DNA of 63,924 nt, from positions 1 through 63,924 of the forward strand of contig JAHIKV010000324.1 in NCBI GenBank assembly GCA_018897395.1, read 5' to 3'. Made by a program: the position numbers and the translations under genes. Every line of letters begins with the position of its first letter. The first letter of the stretch is position 1. The DNA comes from Planctomycetota bacterium. Its GTDB lineage: Bacteria > Planctomycetota > Planctomycetia > Pirellulales > Thermoguttaceae. The notes under the pieces are model-generated. The model was not told the DNA's origin. It ran no database searches and was given only the letters and a program-made list of their open reading frames with translations. This document shows positions 54,401 to 63,445 of the stretch, piece by piece.

Positions 54401-56466
54401 GCCGTCACCCCGGTGTTGGATTCGCCGGCGGAGGTCGACTTGAGGGCCCACGTGCTTCCATTGAAGTAGAGGTCCTCGCCATTCGACGTGGACGGGTTCC
54501 ACCCCACCGCCCAGGCGAAGGTAGAACTGACGGCGGAGACGGCGTTCAGGTCGCCGGTGGTGGGGCAGGACTGTGGTATCCACGTCTCGCCGCCGCTGGA
54601 GGTGTACTGTATGGCGCCGTTGTCTCCCACCGCCCAGACAACGTCCGCGCTCAAGGCGTCCACGCCCTGGAGGGTCTCGGTTGTGCCGCCGGAGAGCGCG
54701 GACCAGGCGGAGCCGCCGTTGAAGAGAGCGGTGCCGGCGTCCCCCACCGCCCAGGCGCTGCCGGCACCTACGGTCGACACGCCATGCAGATACCTCTCTG
54801 TCCCGCTGGCCTTTTCGACCCATCCAGAACCGCCGTCACCAGTGTAGATGGTCTTGCCCTTATCTCCCACCGCCCACACTCTTTTCTCGTCAATGGCCGA
54901 CACGGCACTGAGGTCCACTTCCGCGGGATTATGCTGCTCGGTCCATTTGGAGCCGTCGTAGAAGAGGATTGTGAAATGATCGCCCACCGCCCAGACTCTT
55001 TTCTCGTCAATGGCCGACACGGCACTGAGGTTCGCGGGCACGGGACTCTCCTGCTCTTTCCAATTGATGCCGTCGTAGAAGAGGATGGTGCCGTTCGCCC
55101 CCACCGCCCAGGCGCTTGTGGTGGAGAGGGCGCTTGCCCCGTAGAGGTTCTGCGCGGTGCCGCTCGCCTGGGTGCCCCAGTTGGTGCCGCCGTTGGCGGT
55201 GTAGCGTATCATTCCGGTCGCCCCCACCGCCCACACGTGGCTGGTGTCCAGCGCGGTAATGTCGTATAGAGGGTAGTCAATGCTCAACTGGGTGGACCAG
55301 CTACTGCCGTTCCACTTGTATATCCATCCGTCCTCGTCCACTATCCACACGCTGTCGCCGGCGGCGGCGGCGACGCTGACTATCGAGTAGCCGTTCAAGG
55401 TCGCCCTCAACGACCACGAACCGCCGTAGTAGCGCAAGACCTCCCCCCGGGATAGTGACGGGTTCCAGCCGACCGCCCAGGCCTCGTCCGCGCTGACAGA
55501 GTCCACGTCCAGAAGATTCGCGGTGGTGCCGCTGGCCTGTTCGGTCCATCCCCCTCCTCCGCGGGAAAAGAGGAACTTTTCCGAACCCACGGAGTATATG
55601 TGGGTGCTATCCAGGGCACAGACATCGTATAAGTCCTGGGTGGTGCCGGAGGGCTGTTCGGTCCATGACGCGCCGTTGTACTTCTGGATCACGCCATCCC
55701 AGCCCACCGCGTACACGTTGGTCCCGTTGAAGGCGGAGATGCTGACCGGCCAGCCACCGAGGTAATACGTGGTGCCCCATGTAACGCCCCCGTTGGTCGA
55801 ACGGAGTATGGTGCCGTCCCAGTCGACCGCCCACACGTCGGAAGCGCTGTAAGCGGACACCTGGTACGGCTTCCGGGTGCTTCCGTCGTTGATGATGCTC
55901 CAGGAGGTACCGTTGAAGAAGTAGGTTTTTAGATCAACCGCCCACACGTGGGTCGCGTCGAGAGCGTAAACGTCCTGGAAGCCGCCTTCATCGTATGTCT
56001 TCTGCACGCTCCAGGAGGTGCCGTTGTAGAAGAGTATCGTCGCGTTGTGCCAGCCGTCCCTGCTGCCCACCGCCCAGACGTGGGTGTTGTCGGATGCTGA
56101 TACCGCCTTGAGGTCGTAGGTTGTGCCGCTCGCCTGGGTGGTCCAGGCGGAGCCGTTGTAGAAGAGTATTGTGCCGGCCTCGCCGACCGCCCAGGCGTGT
56201 GTCGCGTCGGTGGCGGTAACCCCGTAGAGGTCGTGCGTGGTCCCGCTATACTGCTTGCTCAATGTGGCGCCGTTCCAGAACATGATGGTTCCGTATTCGC
56301 CCACCGCCCACGCGTTTGTGGAGTTTGCGGCCTCCACGGCGAATAGGTTGTGGCGCTTGGGGATCGGGCTCTGCCATACCCAGGTGTAATCGGGCCCTGC
56401 GAGCGCGCCGCAGGTGCAGACTAGCATCACGAGTACGACTGCCACCCCAAACAGCGCGAGCAGCAT
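51472..56466 (-). CDS. 1,664-aa secreted surface protein: beta-propeller WAVG repeats, TIG/IPT domains, four C-terminal ~105-aa repeats
   Basis: ATG 56466 with a GGAGG RBS and signal MLLALFGVAVVLVMLV. About 20 repeats of ~40 aa ending in W/AVG. Ig-like segments (GARDVNVRTG, GPRDVNVTTG). C-terminal repeats start WYLAEGSTAWGF, WYLPEGSSAWGF, YYLAEGTTNYGF and FYLPDGQAGDGY. Confidence 0.85.
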   Translation of the reverse strand: MLLALFGVAVVLVMLVCTCGALAGPDYTWVWQSPIPKRHNLFAVEAANSTNAWAVGEYGTIMFWNGATLSKQYSGTTHDLYGVTATDATHAWAVGEAGTILFYNGSAWTTQASGTTYDLKAVSASDNTHVWAVGSRDGWHNATILFYNGTSWSVQKTYDEGGFQDVYALDATHVWAVDLKTYFFNGTSWSIINDGSTRKPYQVSAYSASDVWAVDWDGTILRSTNGGVTWGTTYYLGGWPVSISAFNGTNVYAVGWDGVIQKYNGASWTEQPSGTTQDLYDVCALDSTHIYSVGSEKFLFSRGGGGWTEQASGTTANLLDVDSVSADEAWAVGWNPSLSRGEVLRYYGGSWSLRATLNGYSIVSVAAAAGDSVWIVDEDGWIYKWNGSSWSTQLSIDYPLYDITALDTSHVWAVGATGMIRYTANGGTNWGTQASGTAQNLYGASALSTTSAWAVGANGTILFYDGINWKEQESPVPANLSAVSAIDEKRVWAVGDHFTILFYDGSKWTEQHNPAEVDLSAVSAIDEKRVWAVGDKGKTIYTGDGGSGWVEKASGTERYLHGVSTVGAGSAWAVGDAGTALFNGGSAWSALSGGTTETLQGVDALSADVVWAVGDNGAIQYTSSGGETWIPQSCPTTGDLNAVSAVSSTFAWAVGWNPSTSNGEDLYFNGSTWALKSTSAGESNTGVTAPAANYLWDVTSIGNIWRYRNGSWSLQYNDITDRPLNAVSAASTLYAWAVGDEGRIYRTTNGRTWGSQTSGTTENLLGVCALSTSVVWAVGANGTILYTSNGGTNWTPQASGTTVTLRGVSAVDSTHVWAVGDGGTICFYNGSSWGFQESWTTDNLYGVRAYDANNAWAVGVNGDILFADPPYIKYCSPNWGNTGQTVKVEIVGGYTHFGGASTIDAGRGVTVVPGSLNVIDHTHLEADLRIAPDVAQGPRDVNVTTGGETPTPLAGGFVVDPDPTMVGVSPPSAPPGWSGEVNISGSQTHFEITSDATLGAGVTVNHIEEVGPESVKVNVTISPSAAEGPRDVNVTTGPEVPMPLVGGFAVGNAKITSVNPASGAQGQTMDVAIVGTYTNFQDGVSAATFSGTGTTVNSTTVSDAAHATTNITISASATAGARDVNVRTGSEVPAPKRGGFSVVEQAPVVEAPAVEGLEPRVGPTGTKVAITGSNFLGSREGVGGSEAAVVRFNGVPAGEYLEWSDKRIECRVPVGATTGPVTVETVGGVSNDDKVFTVTQPVWYLAEGSTAWGFDTEISVENPNKEELHANVTYMDTNTEGGWGKVATRTVSLPPESQTTVDPRRDLGDTDFSTRVECLEGKSIAVDRTMTWTGEGAKSEEAHSSIGVTSPAKTWYLPEGSSAWGFECFLLIQNPNNLEATCLVTYMMENEEPQAFTKKIPANSRRTFKMANDIGEKDASIKVESEIPIIPERAMYRNNKRSGHDSIGTTAPAADYYLAEGTTNYGFTTYVLVQNPNDTATDVNVTYLTNSGPVAHPENPINMPANSRDTICVNDFLPGSDFSTQVSGANPIIAERAMYWGADTALGEASHDSIGMAEPHTTFYLPDGQAGDGYETYTLVANPNDNAVTVQITYLTPDGAGNVTFEESVGANSRMTYSMEDKGINGRAAVLVTSKTEGKKIMVERSMYWNNRGAGTDTIGGYSD

Positions 56467-56772
56467 GCTGCGGCTTCCTCCCGCCCCTCCGACCTTTCCT
56501 TTCCCCGTAGACGGCACTCCGGAACTCAAAGGACCTCCACCTCGCTCGCCGTTGCGGTACCTTGCCGCGGGGCATCCCCCTGAAGGACTATGCACGGGTA
56601 ATACCTCTCTTGGGATTTCTCTCCCCTGATATATGTATAGCGTTCTGATACCCACATCGGTTCTTAATCACCATAACGCGGACCGCTTTTCACCCATTCG
56701 ACCGATAAATAGTCGTGCTCTTCAAGCCGATAAATAAAGTGAAGGCTGGTTTCTAGCAGTGTAGGTGATGAG

Positions 56773-56985
56773 ATGAGTTGCCGTGTGCTCGTTCTGTTTA
56801 CTTTTCTCGTCCTGCTTATGTCTTTTCTCATGATGTCCCAAACCTGCCTTGCCGACTCGGCGAACGCGTCCGTCGAGGTCAGGATCTCGCGTGTCATACA
56901 GGTCAACGACGCCGGCGCCGCCCGATCAAACGTCAGCGTGCTCAAGCAGATCGATAGCGCTTTCGTGACCTTCGTAACCCCGTGA
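56773..56985 (+). CDS. small secreted protein
   Basis: ATG 56773 after AGGTGA. Signal peptide VLVLFTFLVLLMSFLMM. 70 aa. Competes with the antisense ORF 56664..56945. Confidence 0.4.
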   Translation: MSCRVLVLFTFLVLLMSFLMMSQTCLADSANASVEVRISRVIQVNDAGAARSNVSVLKQIDSAFVTFVTP

Positions 56986-57076
56986 CATGCTTCGCCGCTC
57001 GATCCCTACCGCCCCGTCAATACGGAGCTTTCCTTATGAAATCCTCTTTTTCCGGTACTGCCCTCCCGCCTCCGTC

Positions 57077-57745
57077 TCATATAGGTGAAATGGATACGGC
57101 CTGCGTGGACCTGTAGGTGTCCGGTTCCACCTCCCAGGACACGTGAAGCCCGTACCGTATGGTGACGGTTATCCAGTCCCCCGCATCCTCGACCCCCCTG
57201 CAGACGACGCCTGCCTGCGGTCCTTGGTCACACTTGACGGAGAGCGCCGCGTTCTCGCCCAACTTGGACCTGGCATCGATCGAAACGCTGGGAGCATCCA
57301 TTACCTGACCGTGCCTCTCGCCGACCAGTCCACTTTCCTTGTTAAGCCAGAGAGCCCACTCGCTTCCGCTTCGCACCCTGACGGTCACCGTGTCGTAGTA
57401 CGTTTTGCCGGGCTCCAGGTAACCTCCGCCGAAGTCGACAACGGTCTCGGGTATGTCGACCGACATCTCGACCATCGGTTCCTTCTTAGGTTCTTGTTCC
57501 TGCTCCCCCTCCGGCTGCGTGGAACCGGGCCGGTCTTCTTTCTGTGGCGTCTTTTCGGGCTGCGAGCTCGGTGGCGGTTCTACTGTCTGCCCGGGCTGGC
57601 CCGCTGCAACCGCACCCAACGACGTCCAGGCGGCAAGTAAGAATAGCACGCCAAGGATCGTTGCTGCTGCGGTCCTCAAGCGGTTCCCACCGTTGCCCCC
57701 ATCCTTCCCGGTTATTCTGCTGCGTCCCCGTCCATGAAGAGCCAT
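57077..57745 (-). CDS. WxL-domain-like surface protein
   Basis: ATG 57745 with a GAGGAG RBS. Signal/TM segment ILGVLFLLAAW. WAL/WLN and C-terminal HVSWEVEPDTY motifs parallel those of 59077..59598. Confidence 0.6.
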   Translation of the reverse strand: MALHGRGRSRITGKDGGNGGNRLRTAAATILGVLFLLAAWTSLGAVAAGQPGQTVEPPPSSQPEKTPQKEDRPGSTQPEGEQEQEPKKEPMVEMSVDIPETVVDFGGGYLEPGKTYYDTVTVRVRSGSEWALWLNKESGLVGERHGQVMDAPSVSIDARSKLGENAALSVKCDQGPQAGVVCRGVEDAGDWITVTIRYGLHVSWEVEPDTYRSTQAVSISPI

Positions 57746-57773
57746 CTTCTCCTCTTTGGGAAGGCCTCCCCGG

Positions 57774-58991
57774 CTACCGCGAACCTGCTTCGCTTCCGCC
57801 CTCGTCCTTCGGGTTTTCCCCGGACCCGTCCTTTCCCCTCTGTGCTCTCCTTCGAAAGATCCGCGAAAGCTTCCCCTCCTTTGGAGGTCCTTCCGAAGGG
57901 CTCCCACCGCTCTCTCCGCTAGGTTTTGAGGGAGCGCCACCGGGGCTCTCCTCCTCTGAAGGGCCCTCACCTTCCTCTTCCTCTGTGAGCAACTCGCCCT
58001 CGGTAGCGGCCTCGGGCTCCCCGGCAGGCTCCTCCTCCGCGGCTTCCTCCGGCTGCTTTCTCCTCCTCTTTAGCAGGAACATCGCGAGCTTTATCAGGAA
58101 GATGACAAAAGCGATGAGGAGGATGAGAAAGAGCAGGAGGCTGAGCGGATACACGTTGAAGCTCGCGGTCTTGGTCTTTGTCGTGTCAAACACGTCCAGG
58201 CTCGGGCCGTACTGGACCTCCGCCTTCACCCGGTAGGAACCGAAGGCGGGGGGCTTGGGGAGCACCCCCTCGAGGTACCTGGTGGTCTTGGGGAGGACCG
58301 TAATCTCGCCCAGGTCCAGCGAGCCGGAGCCCCATCCGAACGTGGGTGAGTATGTAAGCTTACCCTTTATCGTCAGGTGGACGTTACCCTTGTTGTAGAA
58401 CGCCACCCTGTACTTCTCGGTGGTTGTCGGGAAAAACAGGAACTTGCGCTTGGGCCAGAACCAGGCGCTGCCAACCCTGACGGACTTGACCTCTCCTTCC
58501 CTCACTATCTCGCCGGGGACCGTGACGAGGGCGAGCGAGCCGATGCGTGGCCTGGCCTTGAGGGTTTGAGAGCCGGGAGGGGGTTGTCCCTCGAAGAATA
58601 TCACCGCATAGTGGCCTCCCGGCTCGGCGTCCCCGGGCACGGTGACCCGGAAGCCCTTTTTCGACACCTTCCCGGCCGGGGCGTAGAGCTCCGGCGTATC
58701 GGTGGACAGCCAGGTCCCGCAGGAGTAGGCGTAGTGCTCTGGCTCCTTGAACACGAACTGGTTGTTCGGCTTTATGTAGTAGTCCATGAAGTAGACCCTT
58801 AAGTTCTGGTCTTCGGCGCCGTCGTTGCGCACGTTAATCGCGAAGTCCGCCGACGCGCCCGGCGCAACAGCGATCTCGAACTTTGCGGGGAATACCGTCA
58901 TGTTGAAGCCGCCCTGGGCGGTGGCGGCACCACCGTGGATCGGTACGAGGACAAGGGTTGCCAGGGCGACGACCGAGACGACCCGCCGCAT
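57774..58991 (-). CDS. DUF916/DUF3324-like (WxL-interacting) cell-surface protein with C-terminal TM anchor
   Basis: ATG 58991 with an AGGAGG RBS and a signal peptide. FNMTVFPAKFEIAVAPGASADFAINVRNDG is PapD/Ig-like. C-terminal TM segment LSLLLFLILLIAFVIFLI, then an acidic tail. Confidence 0.6.
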   Translation of the reverse strand: MRRVVSVVALATLVLVPIHGGAATAQGGFNMTVFPAKFEIAVAPGASADFAINVRNDGAEDQNLRVYFMDYYIKPNNQFVFKEPEHYAYSCGTWLSTDTPELYAPAGKVSKKGFRVTVPGDAEPGGHYAVIFFEGQPPPGSQTLKARPRIGSLALVTVPGEIVREGEVKSVRVGSAWFWPKRKFLFFPTTTEKYRVAFYNKGNVHLTIKGKLTYSPTFGWGSGSLDLGEITVLPKTTRYLEGVLPKPPAFGSYRVKAEVQYGPSLDVFDTTKTKTASFNVYPLSLLLFLILLIAFVIFLIKLAMFLLKRRRKQPEEAAEEEPAGEPEAATEGELLTEEEEGEGPSEEESPGGAPSKPSGESGGSPSEGPPKEGKLSRIFRRRAQRGKDGSGENPKDEGGSEAGSR

Positions 58992-59076
58992 GTTGCCTCC
59001 TAAAAAGGAATCAAGAGGCCTATGCCTCTTGATTCTTTCACCTCTCACCCTGTGAAAGTCCACCTATAATTGCGAC

Positions 59077-59598
59077 TTATGGCTGGGTAGCAGTATAGGT
59101 GTGAGTCGCCGTGTAAGTATCCGGCTCAAGCTCCCAGGGTACGTCGAGGCTATAACTTATCGTGCTGAGTATCGCACCGCCCCTGGTACCCTGCACGGCG
59201 TAATCGTCTGCCGCTGGGAACTCCGTGGCGGTGGTTCGCTTTTGGGTGACCCTGGGGTTGGCAGAGTCGGAAGTGAACGTTAAGTTGGAAGAGGGCATTA
59301 CCTCAAGAGACACCGCGCCGGTAAGGTCTTGGTTCTTGCGAACATCCAGGCTCCAGCCCTTATTGCTGCTAACGGTAGCGTCGATGGCCTGGTTGTAAAC
59401 CGCCCCGGGTGCGAGTGGGCCGGCGCCGAAGTTAACAACCGTTGTCGGCATGTCCAAAGTTATGGTGGCAGCAACATTGGCGGAAACCGACACGTCTGTT
59501 GGGTTCACCGCCATAGCGCCCACGCACATCAACACCATGATGAACGTAACCATCACCCCAGCGCAGATTATCAATATTTTCCTTTTCACCTCTACCAC
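59077..59598 (-). CDS. WxL-domain surface protein
   Basis: Signal anchor, then the two motifs GWSLDV and VPWELEPDTY with the spacing typical of WxL domains. Confidence 0.65.
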   Translation of the reverse strand: MVEVKRKILIICAGVMVTFIMVLMCVGAMAVNPTDVSVSANVAATITLDMPTTVVNFGAGPLAPGAVYNQAIDATVSSNKGWSLDVRKNQDLTGAVSLEVMPSSNLTFTSDSANPRVTQKRTTATEFPAADDYAVQGTRGGAILSTISYSLDVPWELEPDTYTATHTYTATQP

Positions 59599-59826
59599 CT
59601 CCGGTTGGTCTTCGAGAGTCGTGTATGAATCCCTATGAATTTGGAATAAATACCCTGCCTCCCAGCCTTATAAAAACTACTTTTGTTAATTTAACGGCAA
59701 GTGCTTAATAAAGGACAGTGCTTGGTAAAATAAAAGTAACAAACCGTCATAAGAATGTAACGAACTGCTTAATTCAAGAAACGAAAATCTAAGGCGTTGC
59801 CGCCTTGATTGGCTTTCAAACTCACA

Positions 59827-60624
59827 TCAGATGCCCAGGCGCTCCTTGACAGACTGAAGGTACGACTTGCCAACCCTTAGCTCGGAATGCTTTTCATCCG
59901 CGACCACGATTACCAGCTTCTTCTGCGCATCCCGTGTCACCTTGAGTATGTGCTCAATGTTCACCATGTAAGAGCGGTTGATGCGGATGAAGTGTTCATC
60001 CCCGCCGAGACTCTTATCCAGTTCACTTATGGAGAAGCCTGTCAGGTACCGCTTCTCACGGATGTGCGCATAACTGTACTTTCCGGCGGCTTCCAGATAC
60101 AGGATGTCCTTCAAGGGTAAGAAGTAGGTCTCTTTCCCGAGCTTTATGGGAATGCGGCTGGACAGCGGCAGCTCCTGGTCCGGCCTCGTCTCCCCGCGCT
60201 TGCCCACGCGATCAAGTATCTTCCTTATGCGGGCCTCGAGCTCCAGTGGTCCGATCTGCTTGTCCACGTAGTCGTCAGCGCCCTTCAGCCCCTGGACCAC
60301 CGTCGCCTCGTCGCCGACCGCCGACAGGAACAAGATCGGGATGGCCTTTGTGGCCGGGTTGGTTCGGATCTCGCGCATGACCTCGATTCCGTTCTTCCCC
60401 GGCATCAGCACATCAAGGATGATGAGGTCGGGATTCTCTTCCTCGGCAATCCTGATTCCCTCGATACCGTCGGCGCAGGATCTAACGCGGAACCCCGCCA
60501 TCGAGAGGACGCCGTCAAGAATTTTCAGTATTTCTCTGTCGTCATCGATAATAAGGATATGCGGTCTATTCTTCGATTCCACAGGACAGCACCGCCTTCC
60601 GACCTCGATATGAATTATCTGCAT
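59827..60624 (-). CDS. LytTR-family response regulator
   Basis: REC domain (ILIIDDD, LIILDVLMPGKNG) plus a LytTR DNA-binding C-terminus (IRINRSYMVNIEHI). The start may be internal. Confidence 0.85.
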   Translation of the reverse strand: MQIIHIEVGRRCCPVESKNRPHILIIDDDREILKILDGVLSMAGFRVRSCADGIEGIRIAEEENPDLIILDVLMPGKNGIEVMREIRTNPATKAIPILFLSAVGDEATVVQGLKGADDYVDKQIGPLELEARIRKILDRVGKRGETRPDQELPLSSRIPIKLGKETYFLPLKDILYLEAAGKYSYAHIREKRYLTGFSISELDKSLGGDEHFIRINRSYMVNIEHILKVTRDAQKKLVIVVADEKHSELRVGKSYLQSVKERLGI

Positions 60625-60733
60625 TCCTCATATGCCCGTCAAGCCCACGAAGATTCGCCTGGGGGTTTTATGGAAGTCTAGGGGCTTGGCCTGTTCAGCG
60701 GGAAACTGTCCAGGGTGTCCGCATCAAGGAGGA

Positions 60734-63445
60734 CTATGACGTTTGGTCTTCTTGGAAGTCTCTAATAGTGAACTCGAAGCAGGCGCCGTTGTCGTTGTAG
60801 GCCCTTATCTTGCCGCCGTATACCCCTGTTATCTTCTCCGCAATAGAAAGCCCTATCCCGGTGCCGCCTCCCTCTCCCTTCACGAACGGGGTGAACACCC
60901 GTTCGATGATGTCCTCGGGGATACCGCCCCCGTTGTCCCGAACCAGGTACTGGTGGCCACCACTCCCGTCGTACCCTAGGTAGGAGACCTCGACAACCGG
61001 TCTCTGGTTCGAGCTGTGCTCAATGGCGTTTCTGATGAGGTTGGAGAAGAGCTGGAACATCTGGGTGCGGTTGGCGGTTACGGACCCCAGGTCCGGGGAC
61101 ACCTTCACCTCAACGCCTTTTTCCCTTACCGCCGAGGAGCACTCACGGAGTATCTCCTCGACCAGGTCTGCCATGTCCACGGCGGATACCTCCCCCGGCA
61201 CCTGTCCCGATTTCGCCAGGGAGAGCAGGTCCTTGATAAGCCTGTGTGCGTTCTTGGCGTTTTTGCCAAGTGTCGCAGCGATCTCATCAACCGCCTCAAT
61301 GCTCTCCAAGCTCCCGCTCTTGAGGCCCTCAACCGATTGGCCGAGCATGTCCACGGCAAGGCTGATGACCGTGAGCGGGCCCCTTAAGTCATGAGACACA
61401 GTATGGGCGAAGCCCTCCAGTTCGGCGTTGATTCTTTGAAGCTCCTCCTCCGCTTGCTTGAGTTCGTCGGCCCTTTTCCGCTCTGCTGCTACAAGTTCCT
61501 TCTCTTTCTGCATAAGCCGCTTGATTTCCCGCATGTCCCTGGCGATGCCCACGATGCCGATCAGCTCGCCTTCTTTATCCCTCATCGCTGAACCTGAGAA
61601 ACTGACAGGAATCTCCTCACCGGACTTTGTCTTATAAGTCATATCGCAATTGCGGATGCTCCCTTCCTTGATTAACTCCGTGAGCCTGGTGCCTTTGAAG
61701 ATGGAGACTTCTTCTTCTTCTTCTTCTTCTTCTGCAAAAATCATGGAAACTGGGTTCCCTATGAGTTCATCCTCGGAGTATCCAAGGAGCTTGCAGGTCT
61801 CGGAGTTGACCGTCTTGATGTTTGCCTCGGGGTCAACCAGGATTAGTGTGTCTACCAGAGAGCGGATGATATTTTCTGTGTAATCCTTTGCTAGGACTAA
61901 TTCCTCCTCCGCCCGCTTGCGCTCGGTGATGTCGCGGGAGACCAGCACGACGCCTTCAACCGCCGGGTTGTCGATGAGGTTATGGCAGATCGACTCGTAC
62001 TCGCGCCAGGTGCCGTCCTTGTGCTGGTACCTGAACTCCACGCTAAGAGCGCCCCCCGGGTTGCCGATCTCCCGGGCGAAGATGCCGGCCATTTCCTCCA
62101 CCTGGTCCGGATCAACATGCTCGAAGGGGCTCGTTCCTATCAGTTCTTCAGGCGTGTACCCGAAGGCTTCCTCCGCCGAACCGCTGATGTACCTTATCGT
62201 TCCATCGCGATCCAGGATGGAGACAACATCCTGGACGTTTTCTATCAGCGCCCGGAAGTACTCTTCGCTCCTCCTCAGCCGGTCCTCCATCCGCTTCTGG
62301 TCGGTTATGTCCCTGGCCACTCCAACCAGGCCGATGACTTCTCCGCTGTCGTCGAAGGCCGGTACCTTGACCGCGTGGAACCAGAAATCCTCTCCGGTTG
62401 TCGAGGTCATGTGCTTGACGAATTCCTCGGACTTACCGGTATCGAAGACCGATTGGTCGTCTTTCACATTCTGCCTTGCCTCATCCTCGTCAGGCATTAT
62501 CTCGAAGTCGTTTTTACCGATCACGTCTTCGAGGGACGCGCCGAAGGCTTCCAGGGTCTTGTCGTTGACCACCAGGTAGCGGCTCTGCAGGTCCTTGAAG
62601 AAGATGGCGTCATGCGCCGACTCCACCATGGACCGATACCTCTCCAGTGTTCCCTCCGCCCGCTTGCGCTCGGTGATGTCCCTGCAAATCCCCTCGATGG
62701 CGATGATTCTTCCATCGTCATCGAAGACCCCCCGGTTGGACTGGACGATCCACCGCTCTTCTCCGTTCGGGTCGACTATCTTGTACTCGTAGGCATTCGA
62801 AACCCTGCCTCCGGCGAGTTCGGACCATTTCTCATTGAAGTACTCCGTAGAATCAGGATGGATAATATCCCGAATAAGCATGGGATCATCGATGAACTCT
62901 TCCGCTGTGTATCCGAAAACGTCCTTCGCCGAAGGACCGAAATACTCGTACTCGCCCCCCGGCAGTTTCATCCTGTATACAGTTTCGCCCAATCCCTCGA
63001 TAAGGGAGCGGTACTTTATCTCGCTATTCAGCAGTGCCTCCTCCGACCTTTGAGGCGCGACCTCGGAGAGGGCGTGGTACACCGCGTCGGGGAGCATGGA
63101 GGAGAGCCGCTTGTCCTTCACCACGTAGCCGGAGGCGCCGAGCTTGAACGACTCCACCGCGGTCCGCTCGTCGCCGTGCCCGGTGACCATCACCACCGGG
63201 GGCGTGTGGTACATAGCCCGTATCTCCCGCAGGAGCTCCAGGCCGTCCCCGTCGGGAAGCTGGTAGTCCAACGTGATGATGTCAAAGGTTGCCGATGCAA
63301 ACTTCTCCCTTGCGGAGGCGCAGTCCCCGGCAATCTCCACGGAGGCGGGGAACTTACCCTTCAAGAGCATCTTGTACATGGATGCTATGTCGGGTTCGTC
63401 CTCGATGATAAGTATTTGAAGAAGATCAGGCGAATCCATGAACAA
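60734..63445 (-). CDS. hybrid REC-PAS(x4-5)-HisKA-HATPase sensor kinase
   Basis: N-terminal REC (ILIIEDEPD, IITLDYQLPDGDG), several PAS blocks (RDITERKRAEE recurs), H-box VSHDLRGPL, and G-boxes DNGGGI and GTGIGLSI. Confidence 0.9.
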   Translation of the reverse strand: MFMDSPDLLQILIIEDEPDIASMYKMLLKGKFPASVEIAGDCASAREKFASATFDIITLDYQLPDGDGLELLREIRAMYHTPPVVMVTGHGDERTAVESFKLGASGYVVKDKRLSSMLPDAVYHALSEVAPQRSEEALLNSEIKYRSLIEGLGETVYRMKLPGGEYEYFGPSAKDVFGYTAEEFIDDPMLIRDIIHPDSTEYFNEKWSELAGGRVSNAYEYKIVDPNGEERWIVQSNRGVFDDDGRIIAIEGICRDITERKRAEGTLERYRSMVESAHDAIFFKDLQSRYLVVNDKTLEAFGASLEDVIGKNDFEIMPDEDEARQNVKDDQSVFDTGKSEEFVKHMTSTTGEDFWFHAVKVPAFDDSGEVIGLVGVARDITDQKRMEDRLRRSEEYFRALIENVQDVVSILDRDGTIRYISGSAEEAFGYTPEELIGTSPFEHVDPDQVEEMAGIFAREIGNPGGALSVEFRYQHKDGTWREYESICHNLIDNPAVEGVVLVSRDITERKRAEEELVLAKDYTENIIRSLVDTLILVDPEANIKTVNSETCKLLGYSEDELIGNPVSMIFAEEEEEEEEVSIFKGTRLTELIKEGSIRNCDMTYKTKSGEEIPVSFSGSAMRDKEGELIGIVGIARDMREIKRLMQKEKELVAAERKRADELKQAEEELQRINAELEGFAHTVSHDLRGPLTVISLAVDMLGQSVEGLKSGSLESIEAVDEIAATLGKNAKNAHRLIKDLLSLAKSGQVPGEVSAVDMADLVEEILRECSSAVREKGVEVKVSPDLGSVTANRTQMFQLFSNLIRNAIEHSSNQRPVVEVSYLGYDGSGGHQYLVRDNGGGIPEDIIERVFTPFVKGEGGGTGIGLSIAEKITGVYGGKIRAYNDNGACFEFTIRDFQEDQTS

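Noticed and set aside
52660-55269. 869-aa plus-strand ORF
   Set aside because: It lies antisense to the giant surface-protein gene. The translation is Gly/Arg/Pro-rich with no domain signatures, whereas the minus-strand frame has clear repeats, a signal peptide and an RBS.
56664-56945. 93-aa minus-strand ORF
   Set aside because: It competes with a plus-strand ORF that has an RBS and a clear signal peptide, and has neither feature itself. Neither gene model is strongly supported.
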